Shown here piece after piece: positions 18,682 to 28,657 of a DNA stretch of 64,000 bases. The notes under the pieces are model-generated. The model saw nothing but the letters and a program-made list of their open reading frames with translations. It was not told the DNA's origin and made no database searches. Location: NCBI GenBank assembly GCA_965262915.1, contig OZ253564.1, forward strand, positions 128,001 to 192,000, written 5' to 3'. The position numbers and the translations under genes were made by a program. The stretch comes from Candidatus Spongiisociaceae bacterium (GTDB lineage: Bacteria; Actinomycetota; Acidimicrobiia; Spongiisociales; Spongiisociaceae). Position 1 is the stretch's first letter. Each line of letters begins with the position of its first letter.

Positions 18682-21600
18682 CTATCCTTCTCCCCTCATC
18701 TCCCGGCGGGTGGAGGCCGTAGCATCGGCGTCCACGGCGAGATCGTCGTAGAGGATCACGCCGTAGCGGCGCCGGGCCGCCTCGCGTCCTACCTTGCCAT
18801 TCCTCACGTCGTCGGCGACCCTATCCGGGGACCGTTCCAACGGGTCGCCCCAGCCGCCGCCGCCCGCCTGGACGTGATGGTACCGCTCGCCGACGGCCAG
18901 ACCGTCGCTGAACATGGGCGGGAGGGCCTCCTCGTCGCCGGACAGCCGGAAGACGGTGTTGCTGGAGAACCCGCCCGGCGCGCCGCCCGTCAGGCCGAAG
19001 GGCGGGTGCCGCTGGCGGTCGGAACGGATCAGCAGGGAGGTGGGTACCAGCGGCCGCCACGACTTCTCGAGGCCCAGGCCACCGCGGTGGAGACCCGCGC
19101 CTCCGCTGTCGGGAACCAGACCGTAGCGTTCGATGATGATCGGGAACTCGGCCTCGGCCACCTCGATGGGCACGTTGGCAGCCGTGGCGATGGGGTTGCT
19201 GAGCCCGTCGTTGCCGTCGTTCTCGGGGGTGGCCCCCCAGGTACCCACCAGCAACTCGAAGTAGACGAACGGCTCGCCGTCCTCGTGGTGGCCCCCGAGG
19301 ATCACCACCGTGTTGCCTCCCTCCCCGGCGGCGGGAACCCGGTCGGGAACCAGTTGGGCCAGAGCCCCGTTGATGGCGTCGAAGGCCCGGAACCCGGTGA
19401 CGCCTCTCATCGAGTTGGCGCCCGGATAGACCGCGTGGGTGACGGTCCCCGGCCTGGTCACGATCCGGACCGGGCGGAAAGCCCCCGCGGTGTTGGGGAA
19501 CTCCGAGGCGGCCGCCGACATGACGCAGTGGTAGGCGGTTGCCATGATGAACGAGCGGGTGGCGTTGAGCGAGCCCGCCACCATGGGGTCCGAGTCCGAG
19601 AGGTCAACCTCCACCTCGTCCCCGTCGATGGTCACCGTCACCCTGATGGCCACGTCGCGGCTCTCGATGCCGTCGGAGTCCATGTGGTCGGTGAAGCTGG
19701 CGGTCCCGTCCGGCCAGGTGGAGATCTCCCGGCGCATCAGGACCTCGGTGTAGTCGATGAGCCCGTCCATGAGCTCGGCCAGCCGCTCCATCCCGTATCG
19801 CTCGGCCATGGCCTGGAGTGCCCGCTCGCCTACCGAGCAGGCCGCCACCTGGGCCCCGAGATCCCCGAACAGCATGTGGGGAACCCGCACGTTGGCCCTG
19901 ATCAGCGCGTGCACCTCCTCCACCGGACGGCCCTCCCGGTAGAGGTGCATCCACGGGATGCGGAGGCCGTCCTGGAATACCTCGGTATTGTCCGTGGCGG
20001 AACTCCCCAGGAGCCGCCCACCGATGTCGCCGTGGTGGGCGGTGGCCACGCCGTAGCCGATGAGCGTGTCCTGGAAGTAGACCGGCTTGATGACGAAGAT
20101 GTCCGGCAGGTGCATGCCACCGTCGAAGGGGTCATTCATTATGAAGACGTCGCCCGGTTGCATCCGGTCGCGGAAGCGGGCCAGGAGGGCGTCCACGGCG
20201 GTGGGTACCGCTCCGAGGTGGAAGGGGATGGTCACCGCCTGGGCCACGGTCTGGGCGTCAGGGCCGAGCAGAGCGGCCGAGAAGTCCATGGCGTCGCGTA
20301 CCACGGTCGAGTGGGCGGTCCTGAAGATCGTGGTCGCCATCTCGTCCGCCGCCGAGGCCAGGGCGTTCGCCAGTATCTGGCGGGTCACCACATCGGTGTG
20401 TTCGACCGCGGCCCTGCCGTTCCCCTGGCGGGTCAGGAAGAGGGCGCCCGAGCCGTGGCGGCGTGCGATCCAGCCCGGAGGTATGACGATCGTGGTGTCG
20501 TACTCGTCGATGAGCAGCGGCCCCGCGACTCCGTTCGGACCGACATCGGTCCTCCGCCTCAGAACGGGGGTATCCAGATACCCGTCAGCCAGGGTGAAGA
20601 GGACGGCACGCGAGCCGTCGGCGAGCACGCTCTCCGCGCCACGGTCCGCCATATCCTCGCCCTGCGAAACCCGGGTGGTGCGGGGCCGGGGTCCGAAGGC
20701 GGCGAGACGGACCGCCCGGACCTGGATCGGATCTTCGGGATCCTTGCGAACGCCGTAGATCTGCTCGTGGCGGTCCTCGAATGCCGTGACCAGATCCGCC
20801 AGCGCGGCGCAGGTCATCTCCGTCCCGGGAACGGTCACCTCGATGTCAAAGCTCTGGCCCTTGTAGCGCACATCGGCGGACCGGACCCACTCGGTCACCC
20901 CGCCGGAGATGCTCGATTGCAGTTCCGCCTCCAACTCGTCGAGGAGGCGGGACATGGTGGTGACGACCGCAGGATCGCGGGCATCCAGCTCGCAGAACCG
21001 CACATCGTGGTATTCGGGCCGGGCGTAGAGGAGTCCGGCTGCCGAGAACACCCCGGCATTGGGGGGAACCACCACCGTGTCGATTCCCAACTCGGTCGCC
21101 AGGCTGGCCGCGTGCATGGGACCGGCTCCCCCGAACGCGATCAGCGCGAAGTCCCTCGGGTCCCGGCCCCGCTCCGACGAAACGGCTCGCAGTGCCCTCA
21201 TCATCCGGGCATTGGCCAGATCGTGGACGGCCCGGGCGGCCTCGTCCACCGGGATGTCGAGCGGAGCCGCAACCGATTCCATGGCCCCGCGGGCCAGACC
21301 GGGCGATATCGAGACTGCGTCCCCGGCGAGCGGTCCGGACCTCACGTAGCCGAGCACCACGTTGGCATCGGTGACCGTAGGGACGTCGCCCCCGAGGCCG
21401 TAGCAGGCGGGTCCCGGAACGGCGCCGGCGCTGCGCGGGCCGACCTGGAGACCTCCGGCCGTGTCGACCCAGGCGATGCTCCCGCCGCCGGCGCCCACCT
21501 CAGCGATGTCGATGCTCGGTACCCGCAGCAGCTCCCCGGAGCCTCGCAGCAGTCTGGAACCCACCGACAGGTCGGCGCCCACCTCGTACTCCCTGCTCAG

Positions 21601-22560
21601 GGTCACTTTTCCTTCTTCGATCAGCGACGCCTTGGCGGTGGTTCCACCCATGTCGAACGAGATAGCGTTGTCGATCCCGAGTTCCCGGGCCAGCCCCTGG
21701 GTGGCCACCACCCCGGCCGCCGGACCGGACTCGAGTGCGTACACGGGCCGGCGGGCCGCGTCGGCCGCGGTCATGGCACCACCCGAGGACTGCATGATCA
21801 GGACGGGTGAGTCGACCCCGATCCCTTCCAGACCTTCGACCAGATCCCGCACGTAGGAGCCCATGATCGGGATCACGTAGGCATTGAGAGCGGTGGTGGC
21901 GGAGCGCTCGTACTCGTTCTGCTCCCGCAACACCCCGCTGGAAATCACCACATGGACTCCCGGAAGCTCGCGCCGCAGGATCCGCGCCACCTGTTCCTCG
22001 TGGGCCGGGTACTTGTGGGCGTGCAGCAGGCAGACCGCCACCGCCTCGACCTGTTCCTCCCGCAACCGGGCGGCCACCTCCATCACCTCGGCGTCGTCCA
22101 CCGAGCGGTGGACCGTCCCGTCTGCCAGCATCCGCTCGCCGATCTCGAAGCGAAGACGACGCTCGACTATCGGTGGGGGCTTGCACCAGAACGGGTTGTA
22201 GAGGTGGGGCATCCTGACCCGCCGGAGTTCCAGCACGTCACGGAAACCCTCCGTGGTGACCATCGCCAGGTGGGCGCCCCGCCGCTCGAGGATGGCGTTG
22301 GTCGCCACAGTGGTCCCGTGTACGACCTCCAGTACCGGGCGAAGGAAAGATCCCTGAGCGTCCCCCAGCAACGCGTCGATGGCGACCGTCACCGCCTTGT
22401 CGTACGAAGGCGGGGTTGACAGGACCTTGCGGGTGGTGGTGCGGCCGTCGGGTCCCTCGACGATCACATCGGTAAACGTGCCGCCTACATCTGCGCCTAC
22501 CCGGCTACCCACGCCGGAGCCACCCCTCTTGGAGGGATGCGGTGTTTGCGCCACGCTCAT
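18682..22560 (-). CDS. Fused hydantoinase A/B (oxoprolinase / N-methylhydantoinase family)
   Basis: DVGGTFTD, HGTTVATN, ESGPAAG and DMGGTT in the A part; DFS, NDPF.GG.HLPD, HH.DIGG and GGGWGDP in the B part. Confidence 0.92.
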   Translation of the reverse strand: MSVAQTPHPSKRGGSGVGSRVGADVGGTFTDVIVEGPDGRTTTRKVLSTPPSYDKAVTVAIDALLGDAQGSFLRPVLEVVHGTTVATNAILERRGAHLAMVTTEGFRDVLELRRVRMPHLYNPFWCKPPPIVERRLRFEIGERMLADGTVHRSVDDAEVMEVAARLREEQVEAVAVCLLHAHKYPAHEEQVARILRRELPGVHVVISSGVLREQNEYERSATTALNAYVIPIMGSYVRDLVEGLEGIGVDSPVLIMQSSGGAMTAADAARRPVYALESGPAAGVVATQGLARELGIDNAISFDMGGTTAKASLIEEGKVTLSREYEVGADLSVGSRLLRGSGELLRVPSIDIAEVGAGGGSIAWVDTAGGLQVGPRSAGAVPGPACYGLGGDVPTVTDANVVLGYVRSGPLAGDAVSISPGLARGAMESVAAPLDIPVDEAARAVHDLANARMMRALRAVSSERGRDPRDFALIAFGGAGPMHAASLATELGIDTVVVPPNAGVFSAAGLLYARPEYHDVRFCELDARDPAVVTTMSRLLDELEAELQSSISGGVTEWVRSADVRYKGQSFDIEVTVPGTEMTCAALADLVTAFEDRHEQIYGVRKDPEDPIQVRAVRLAAFGPRPRTTRVSQGEDMADRGAESVLADGSRAVLFTLADGYLDTPVLRRRTDVGPNGVAGPLLIDEYDTTIVIPPGWIARRHGSGALFLTRQGNGRAAVEHTDVVTRQILANALASAADEMATTIFRTAHSTVVRDAMDFSAALLGPDAQTVAQAVTIPFHLGAVPTAVDALLARFRDRMQPGDVFIMNDPFDGGMHLPDIFVIKPVYFQDTLIGYGVATAHHGDIGGRLLGSSATDNTEVFQDGLRIPWMHLYREGRPVEEVHALIRANVRVPHMLFGDLGAQVAACSVGERALQAMAERYGMERLAELMDGLIDYTEVLMRREISTWPDGTASFTDHMDSDGIESRDVAIRVTVTIDGDEVEVDLSDSDPMVAGSLNATRSFIMATAYHCVMSAAASEFPNTAGAFRPVRIVTRPGTVTHAVYPGANSMRGVTGFRAFDAINGALAQLVPDRVPAAGEGGNTVVILGGHHEDGEPFVYFELLVGTWGATPENDGNDGLSNPIATAANVPIEVAEAEFPIIIERYGLVPDSGGAGLHRGGLGLEKSWRPLVPTSLLIRSDRQRHPPFGLTGGAPGGFSSNTVFRLSGDEEALPPMFSDGLAVGERYHHVQAGGGGWGDPLERSPDRVADDVRNGKVGREAARRRYGVILYDDLAVDADATASTRREMRGEG

Positions 22561-23456
22561 CGAGAGCCGAGCATCTCACCGACCATGCTGACCGAGGCGG
22601 CGGCTCTCGGGCTCCAGCGGGTGAAACGCTTGGCGGCGGCGCGTAAGAGGAAGTCGCTCAGCATCGCCAGCGCGGCGAAGATGAAGACGATCACGAGTAT
22701 CCCTGCGTTGTCCAGATACCGGCTCCTGCCGATCATCAGCCATCCCAGACCGACGCCGGCTCCCATGAACTCGGCCGCCACCACAAGACCCCAGGACACC
22801 ACCACCGCCAAGCGGAAACCGGCCATCATGTGGGGCAGGATGGCCGGGACCACCACTGTGCGGTAGATGTGGAAACGCGAGGCTCCGGCGGTCAGGGCGG
22901 CTCTGACGTAGATGTGGGGTACGTTGCGGACGGCCTCGGTGACCTGGATGGTGAGGATCAGGAATACCCCGAAAGCGATCAGGGCGACCCCCGTTGACGG
23001 ATCGGAGCCGAACCACAGCAGGAACAGCGGGAGGAGTGCCAGCAGGGGCGTGGGACGGATTGCGTCCAGGCTGAACTCCAGCAGGTCGCGCATCAACCGG
23101 CTGTATCCGAAGGCAAGACCGATCACCAGACCCGGAGGGGTACCGATCGCCAACCCGAGCAGGACCATGCGGGTGCTGACCCAGGTCGCCTCGTACACGC
23201 CGTCGGCGAAGGGAACCCGCTTACCGGCCAGGTAGTGGAACCCGGTACTGAATACTTCGACCAACCTCTGCGGTGGCGGCAGGTAAGCGGAACCTATCCA
23301 CCCGGCATTGGTGACCACCCACCAGATGACCAGCACTCCGAGGGGGACCAGCAGGGCCCGGACGATAGAACGGAAACGGGTACCACCGAGAACCTTCTGG
23401 TCCCCGATCCGAACCCCTGGGCGGGCCACTGTCGTGCGCCGACGTCTCAGTCTCAT
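22557..23456 (-). CDS. ABC transporter permease, NitT/TauT family
   Basis: LPPP, RPTP.LAL.PLFLLWFG, VAAE and GLG motifs. Confidence 0.9.
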   Translation of the reverse strand: MRLRRRRTTVARPGVRIGDQKVLGGTRFRSIVRALLVPLGVLVIWWVVTNAGWIGSAYLPPPQRLVEVFSTGFHYLAGKRVPFADGVYEATWVSTRMVLLGLAIGTPPGLVIGLAFGYSRLMRDLLEFSLDAIRPTPLLALLPLFLLWFGSDPSTGVALIAFGVFLILTIQVTEAVRNVPHIYVRAALTAGASRFHIYRTVVVPAILPHMMAGFRLAVVVSWGLVVAAEFMGAGVGLGWLMIGRSRYLDNAGILVIVFIFAALAMLSDFLLRAAAKRFTRWSPRAAASVSMVGEMLGSR

Positions 23457-23463
23457 CCGTCGC

Positions 23464-24336
23464 TCACCTCGTCCCTAGGACTTCCGCGACAAGACCGCCG
23501 GTGTTGGCCCGCTGCGCCCATCTGATGGTTCGCTTGATCACGGCCCTCAACAGGAAGTCCGAACTGATCGCCAGCAACGCGAAGAGGATCACCATGGCGA
23601 TGATGCGGGCGGAGTCGAGGTTGACCAGTCCGGCCAGCATCAGATAGCCCAGGCCTTGTACGGATCCCATGAACTCGGCCGCTACGTCCAAGCCCCACGC
23701 AGCCATCACGGCCAACCGCAGGCCCGCCAGTATGTGGGGGATGATCGACGGGACCACCACAGTCCGGTAGATGTGAAACCTCGACGCGCCCGCCGTCAGA
23801 GCGGCCTGTACATGGATGTGCAGGACGTTGCGGACCGCCTCGGTGGTCTGGATGGTGAGGGTCAGCATCACGCCCAGGGTCACCAGGGCGATCTGGGGCC
23901 GCATCCCTATGCCGAACCAGAGCAGGAACAGGGGGATCAGGGCGAAGATGGGAACCACGCGCAGGCCATCGAAGGAGAACTCCAACAGATCTCTGGCCCA
24001 TCGGCTGTACCCGAACACCAGACCGAAGCCGAGACCCGCCAATCCACCGACGACGATGCCGGTCACCACCATCTGCAAGGTGATCCAGAAGGCCGCGGGA
24101 ATCAGGTCCGCGATCGCCCACCAAACAGAGAAGAGCTTCTGCGGTGTCGGAAGCAGGATGGGCTTGACCAGACCGAGGTTGGTGATGGCGGTCCAGATCA
24201 CCAACGCCAGGACGGGGAGCAAGAGCGCCCGCACGACCCGGCTGGAGCGCCCGGGCCTTCGTATCCAGGCGAGGGCTCGATCCGGCAGGCCTCCGCGGAG
24301 CGATCGTGCAACTCGGCTCTCGTCCGGTCCGACCAT
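23464..24336 (-). CDS. ABC transporter permease, NitT/TauT family
   Basis: LLPTP, VPIFALIPLFLLWFG, VAAE and GLGY motifs. Confidence 0.9.
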   Translation of the reverse strand: MVGPDESRVARSLRGGLPDRALAWIRRPGRSSRVVRALLLPVLALVIWTAITNLGLVKPILLPTPQKLFSVWWAIADLIPAAFWITLQMVVTGIVVGGLAGLGFGLVFGYSRWARDLLEFSFDGLRVVPIFALIPLFLLWFGIGMRPQIALVTLGVMLTLTIQTTEAVRNVLHIHVQAALTAGASRFHIYRTVVVPSIIPHILAGLRLAVMAAWGLDVAAEFMGSVQGLGYLMLAGLVNLDSARIIAMVILFALLAISSDFLLRAVIKRTIRWAQRANTGGLVAEVLGTR

Positions 24337-24412
24337 TCCGTATCCCTCACCTTGATGTTCCGGCCTGCCCCGCCCCGTGCCGGGGTGGTCGCAGGATACA
24401 CGCCGCGCGCTG

Positions 24413-24436
24413 GGCGACAGGCGACAGGCGACAGGC
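24413..24436. repeat. (GGCGACA)x3 heptamer array
   Basis: Seen directly upstream of the lipoprotein gene. Confidence 0.7.
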
Positions 24437-24508
24437 AGAACCCGACTGGGCCCGCGTCGCCTCCATCCCTGGCTTACAATGGGCTCAGGCCGTCAAGGAG
24501 GGTGAGCA

Positions 24509-25030
24509 TTGCGGTTTCGAGCCTTACCGGTGTGCTTCGCGGCCGCGGCTCTTCTCTTCGCAGCGTGCGGTGGGGACGGGGACGGCGGTGGAGACGGTGG
24601 CGGTGGCGCGACCGAATCGGAGACCACCGTCTCGACCATCGGACAGTTCGCGGACCGGGCCGACCTGCCCACAGTGGTGTACGACGGGGACACCTGCACC
24701 TACATTGGTCCGGAGACCGTCGATCCCGGGCCGGTACGTATGACGCTGGACAACCGGAGCGGCACCCGGGCGCGCATCGACATCCTTCGCTTCCCGGACG
24801 ACAAGACGTTCGATGATCTGGTGGCCTATGTCGAGAGCGGTCAGGCGGCGGCCAACCAGGACTCCCCGGATTGGGTCGACCAGACCAGGAAGATACGCGC
24901 TCCGGCCAACCAGGTCATGGGCGCCAACCGCACCCTGTTCGACAACACCTACGGTATCCTCTGCTACATAGGGGAAGCGGAACCCTTTGAGGTTCAAGCG
25001 GTAGCCAGCTTCGAGGTAAGCGGGGCCTAA
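24509..25030 (+). CDS. Hypothetical lipoprotein
   Basis: Lipobox LFAAC, Gly/Asp linker and beta-rich domain; AGGAGG RBS. Confidence 0.75.
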   Translation: MRFRALPVCFAAAALLFAACGGDGDGGGDGGGGATESETTVSTIGQFADRADLPTVVYDGDTCTYIGPETVDPGPVRMTLDNRSGTRARIDILRFPDDKTFDDLVAYVESGQAAANQDSPDWVDQTRKIRAPANQVMGANRTLFDNTYGILCYIGEAEPFEVQAVASFEVSGA

Positions 25031-25034
25031 TTGC

Positions 25035-25107
25035 TAGTCGGGAGTCACTAGTTAATAGTCGATATTAATAGTAGTTAGCAGCGTCGTAGTTTACGACTAC
25101 CGACTAC
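25035..25107. repeat. AT-rich inverted degenerate heptamer arrays
   Basis: TAGTCGG GAGTCAC TAGTTAA TAGTCGA ... CGACTAC CGACTAC. Confidence 0.6.
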
Positions 25108-26856
25108 CTAGCGCGGTATTACCGGCAGGACTAGGCGGCTCGGGTGTTCCGTGTCGTGGAACACGGTTTGATGCGCTGATTGGAACCCGGTTTCCCGACC
25201 GATTTCGCCTCCCAGGTTGGTGTTGCGGTCGAAGCGGGGGAAGTTACTGCTCGATACCTCGAGCCGGATCCGGTGTCCTGCCTTGAACACCCACGAGACC
25301 TCCCACAGGTCGATGCCGTACTCGTAGACCTCTCCCGGCTCGATCAGGGAGGGGGACTGGCGGCCGTCCCGGCACCGGGCGCGGACGATCCCTTCGGTGA
25401 CGTTGATGGCCCGGCCGTCGGGCAACACGTCCACCAGGGTGGCGGTGAAGTCGGTATCGGGCGCCGTGGAAGCCGCGAACAGCACCGCGGACACCCGGCC
25501 GGTGCATTCGAGATCCGCGGTCAAGACATCGCCGGTGTATGCCAGTACGTCAGGCCGCTCCTCGATCGTGGACCGGTCACGGGGGCCGCTCTGGTCAACG
25601 TAGGCCACTTGGCCACCCATCGTGGGGACGGGGTCCGAGGGGTCGTACGTGTACGTGTCCGGTGGCTGCTCGGTGTTCGGCGGCTCCCGCCCTAGGACCC
25701 CGTCGCCGTGCCGCGTGTTCGCGGACCCAGCTCCGTGAAGGAACATCTCTCGGTATTCGGTGCGGGCCAATGGCCACTCGTACTCCCCGCGCCACACGTT
25801 GTCCCCGCACACGAAGAGCTGGAGGGGCGCCTCGTCGTCCACCCCGGTGGGGATTCCCCTGAGGCGCTGGTCGTACCAGTGGCGGTGCAGGTCGAAGATG
25901 TCGAGCTCGGCGTCGGGCCCGAAGTGGACATCCTGGCCCCAGTCGGCAACCCCGATACGGGTGTGGGTCCAGGGGCCGCACATGATCTTGGTTCTGGCCC
26001 GTGCCTCCGGCTGAGCGTGGGCAGTCCAGTTGACGAAGGCCTCGAACATGTGGCGGACGGTGCAGTCCCACCACCCGGTGAGGAAGTAGGACGGCGCCTC
26101 GATAGTGTCGTAGCGGTCGTTCACGATCCGCTTCCGCCAGTAGGCGTCGTAGGTGTTGTGGTCGAGGAGCTCCTTCCATATCTTCACGTCGTCGTACTCG
26201 TCGAAGGCCGTGTACAGCGGCGTCCGCTCGTACAGGTAGGAGAGGTCACCCGGGAACTCCCCGGCCTTGCCACCCCCTACCCCCATCGTTCCGGCAGGGA
26301 GGCCGGCCAGCATGGCCATCCCCTGAGCGTGGCTGGTGCGACGCCCGATCTGGAGGAAGTGGCTGGCCTGCTGGAGCAGGAAAGCGCCCTGCTGCCAGAA
26401 CAGGTCGAAACCGTCCGGCGTCGCCGCGATCGGCAGGATGCCCTTGAGTCCCTCGGAGGCCAGCGGGGCGGGGTGCATCTGGGTGAAGCCCACGTAGGAG
26501 ATACCGAACATGCCGACGTTCCCGTCGCACCACGGTTGACGGATCAACCACTCGACGGTGTCGTGCCCGTCCTCGTCCTGGACGTAGACCTCCCATACGC
26601 CGTCGGAGTCGTAGCGGCCCCGGCAATCCTGGATGACAATCGCGTACCCGGCCTCCATGAAGCGTTCCCCCCAGCCCACGTAACCGGACGGGCGCGCCCC
26701 GTCGGTCTCCGGATAGCTCTCCTTGCTATAGATGGTCCGGCACAGCAAGACGGGGAAACGATCTCCCGCTGGGGGCAGGTAGACGTCCGCCGACAGCATG
26801 GTTCCGTCCCTCATCGGCGCCCGCACATCGAACATGATCCTCTGTCCCATGGTCAT
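25108..26856 (-). CDS. CocE/NonD family hydrolase
   Basis: PMRDG, QDCRGRYDS, QPWCDG, GISYVG, GWWD, GPWTH and SSSNFPRFDRN motifs. Confidence 0.93.
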   Translation of the reverse strand: MTMGQRIMFDVRAPMRDGTMLSADVYLPPAGDRFPVLLCRTIYSKESYPETDGARPSGYVGWGERFMEAGYAIVIQDCRGRYDSDGVWEVYVQDEDGHDTVEWLIRQPWCDGNVGMFGISYVGFTQMHPAPLASEGLKGILPIAATPDGFDLFWQQGAFLLQQASHFLQIGRRTSHAQGMAMLAGLPAGTMGVGGGKAGEFPGDLSYLYERTPLYTAFDEYDDVKIWKELLDHNTYDAYWRKRIVNDRYDTIEAPSYFLTGWWDCTVRHMFEAFVNWTAHAQPEARARTKIMCGPWTHTRIGVADWGQDVHFGPDAELDIFDLHRHWYDQRLRGIPTGVDDEAPLQLFVCGDNVWRGEYEWPLARTEYREMFLHGAGSANTRHGDGVLGREPPNTEQPPDTYTYDPSDPVPTMGGQVAYVDQSGPRDRSTIEERPDVLAYTGDVLTADLECTGRVSAVLFAASTAPDTDFTATLVDVLPDGRAINVTEGIVRARCRDGRQSPSLIEPGEVYEYGIDLWEVSWVFKAGHRIRLEVSSSNFPRFDRNTNLGGEIGRETGFQSAHQTVFHDTEHPSRLVLPVIPR

Positions 26857-26931
26857 CTCCCGTACCTTCTTCTTGTCAAGGCTGATCCGCCGCGCGGAGG
26901 CAACCCGCAGTGGAAAGGTCCAGGCTACCTG

Positions 26932-26960
26932 TTGACATGACGAACCCCGCTAAGCATCAT
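26932..26960 (+). promoter_or_regulatory. Putative sigma70-type promoter
   Basis: TTGACA, 17-bp spacer, CATCAT upstream of the SBP gene. Confidence 0.4.
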
Positions 26961-27026
26961 AAGCCCAAGCGGGCGGAGACCGACGGGCGAAAGGCGCGCG
27001 CGGCCGCCCAACCAAAGGGAGGGAAT

Positions 27027-28394
27027 ATGCGTAATCGTTGGTGGAAGGGAACACTTCTTCTAGCCATCCTGGCGATGTTCGCGGTCGCCTGCGGTGGCGC
27101 CGAGGAGGAAGCCGCTGAGACCACTCAGGCTCCGCAGACAACTGCTACGACGGCCGCCATGGTCGAAGAAGAACCCATGGAAGAAGAACCCATGGAAGAA
27201 GAGGAACCCATGGAAGAAGAGGAACCCATGGAAGAAGAGGAACCCATGGAAGAGGACATGGGTCCCGACCTCAGCCACCTGAGCGCTTCGCCCGATGAGC
27301 CCAAGGGCGGCATAATCAGGATCGGCGCCACCCCCTCTTACGATGACCGGCTCTGGTCGTATGCGGCCGAGATCGGGATGGACACGCGGATCGGCCTCGA
27401 CCTCGAGATCATCCCGTTCGTGAGCATCCCCTACACGCAGCTGCAGACCGACGAGATCGACATGTTGTTCTCGTGCCAGATCTGCTACGGGACCATCATC
27501 GAGGAGTTCCCCGAGTACCGGAACTACCTGATCACCAACCAGTACCAGGGCTTCGTGCTCATCGGTAGGGCCGGCGAGACGGTGGTTTACGAAGAGGCGC
27601 TGGAGCGCTTGGGCGACGAGGACGCCGCCAAGGCCGAACTCGCCGCGTCCATGCGGGGCAAGGAGTTCGTCAAGACGGAGGGCTTCCCCACCACGTTCGA
27701 GCGGGCCCTGCTGGAGAACATCGGTCTGTCCTTCGACCCTGAGGGCCAGCAGGACGTCGATTTCAAGTACTACCCGTCCATGGAGGCGATGAACTTCGGC
27801 TACCTGAGCGGCGAGGCGGACTACTACACGGGCAACCTTTCCGCCCAGGCCCGGATGCTGTACTCCGAAGAACTGGCAGGAGAGTACGTCGTGGCGGCGC
27901 CTCTCGAGCTGTTCGGCGCCTCGGCGATCCTCTACTCGACCGAGGGTGTGCGCGCAGACTGGCTGGAGGAGAACCCGGAGACGGTGCTCCGCTCGCTGGC
28001 GATCTGGTATCGGGCCTCCCGCTACCTCGACGAGTATCCCGACATCGTGGGTAAGTTCGTCGGCGAAGAGGCCAAGGACCAGACCGGTGGCACCAGCCTC
28101 GGAGGTCTCATCACCTCCCGGATCATGACCGAACTCAACTACTTCCCGCTGCTGAACGACGCCAAGGACTACATGTTCACGCCGGGCGAGATCACCTACT
28201 TCGGCAACGTCGTGGCCGATCGTTTCGAGGCGGGACGCGAGGAGGGCTACATCGCCGAAGGCGTGGAGTGGGAGGACTACGAGGTGGAGGAAGTCTGGTT
28301 CAACAGGCTCCTCGAGCGTGAGGACCTGGTCGCCTGGATCAACGCACCGCTTGGCACCGGCGTAGGCCTCGACGGGGACGAACCCCAGGGCTAG
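27027..28394 (+). CDS. ABC transporter substrate-binding lipoprotein (NitT/TauT-like)
   Basis: Lipobox FAVAC and EEEPM-repeat linker; paralog of 8684-9874 (SYDD, FSCQ.C, FPEYR, ITNQ). Confidence 0.82.
   Translation: MRNRWWKGTLLLAILAMFAVACGGAEEEAAETTQAPQTTATTAAMVEEEPMEEEPMEEEEPMEEEEPMEEEEPMEEDMGPDLSHLSASPDEPKGGIIRIGATPSYDDRLWSYAAEIGMDTRIGLDLEIIPFVSIPYTQLQTDEIDMLFSCQICYGTIIEEFPEYRNYLITNQYQGFVLIGRAGETVVYEEALERLGDEDAAKAELAASMRGKEFVKTEGFPTTFERALLENIGLSFDPEGQQDVDFKYYPSMEAMNFGYLSGEADYYTGNLSAQARMLYSEELAGEYVVAAPLELFGASAILYSTEGVRADWLEENPETVLRSLAIWYRASRYLDEYPDIVGKFVGEEAKDQTGGTSLGGLITSRIMTELNYFPLLNDAKDYMFTPGEITYFGNVVADRFEAGREEGYIAEGVEWEDYEVEEVWFNRLLEREDLVAWINAPLGTGVGLDGDEPQG
27165..27260 (+). repeat. 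Coding tandem repeat of 15/18-bp units (EEEPM/EEEEPM)
   Basis: GAAGA(A/G)GAACCCATG repeated five times plus a degenerate unit. Confidence 0.9.
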
Positions 28395-28657
28395 ACCTCC
28401 CGAATATTCGCTATCCGTGTGGCTCCCGGCCCGTCCGGGAGCCACACCGTTTCGGAGATCTCAGATCAGGCCTCGCCTCAGGGAGGACCAAGCGGTCCGG
28501 ATCTACCGGAGAATCGGCGGGCGGCTCAACGACGGGCAGTACCGGTTCCCGGTTACCTGGCGGTCGTTGATGGAGTTGAATCCGACGGTCACCACGGAAC
28601 GGCGGAGTATCCACGACGAGAACGGTGCATCGGCAACTCATCGGACAGGAGAGCCGG

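Noticed and set aside
18667-21810. Very long plus-strand ORF (1047 aa), and similar ones at 55036-57129 and 57292-59448
   Set aside because: Antisense shadows of well-supported minus-strand genes in high-GC DNA; no recognisable motifs.
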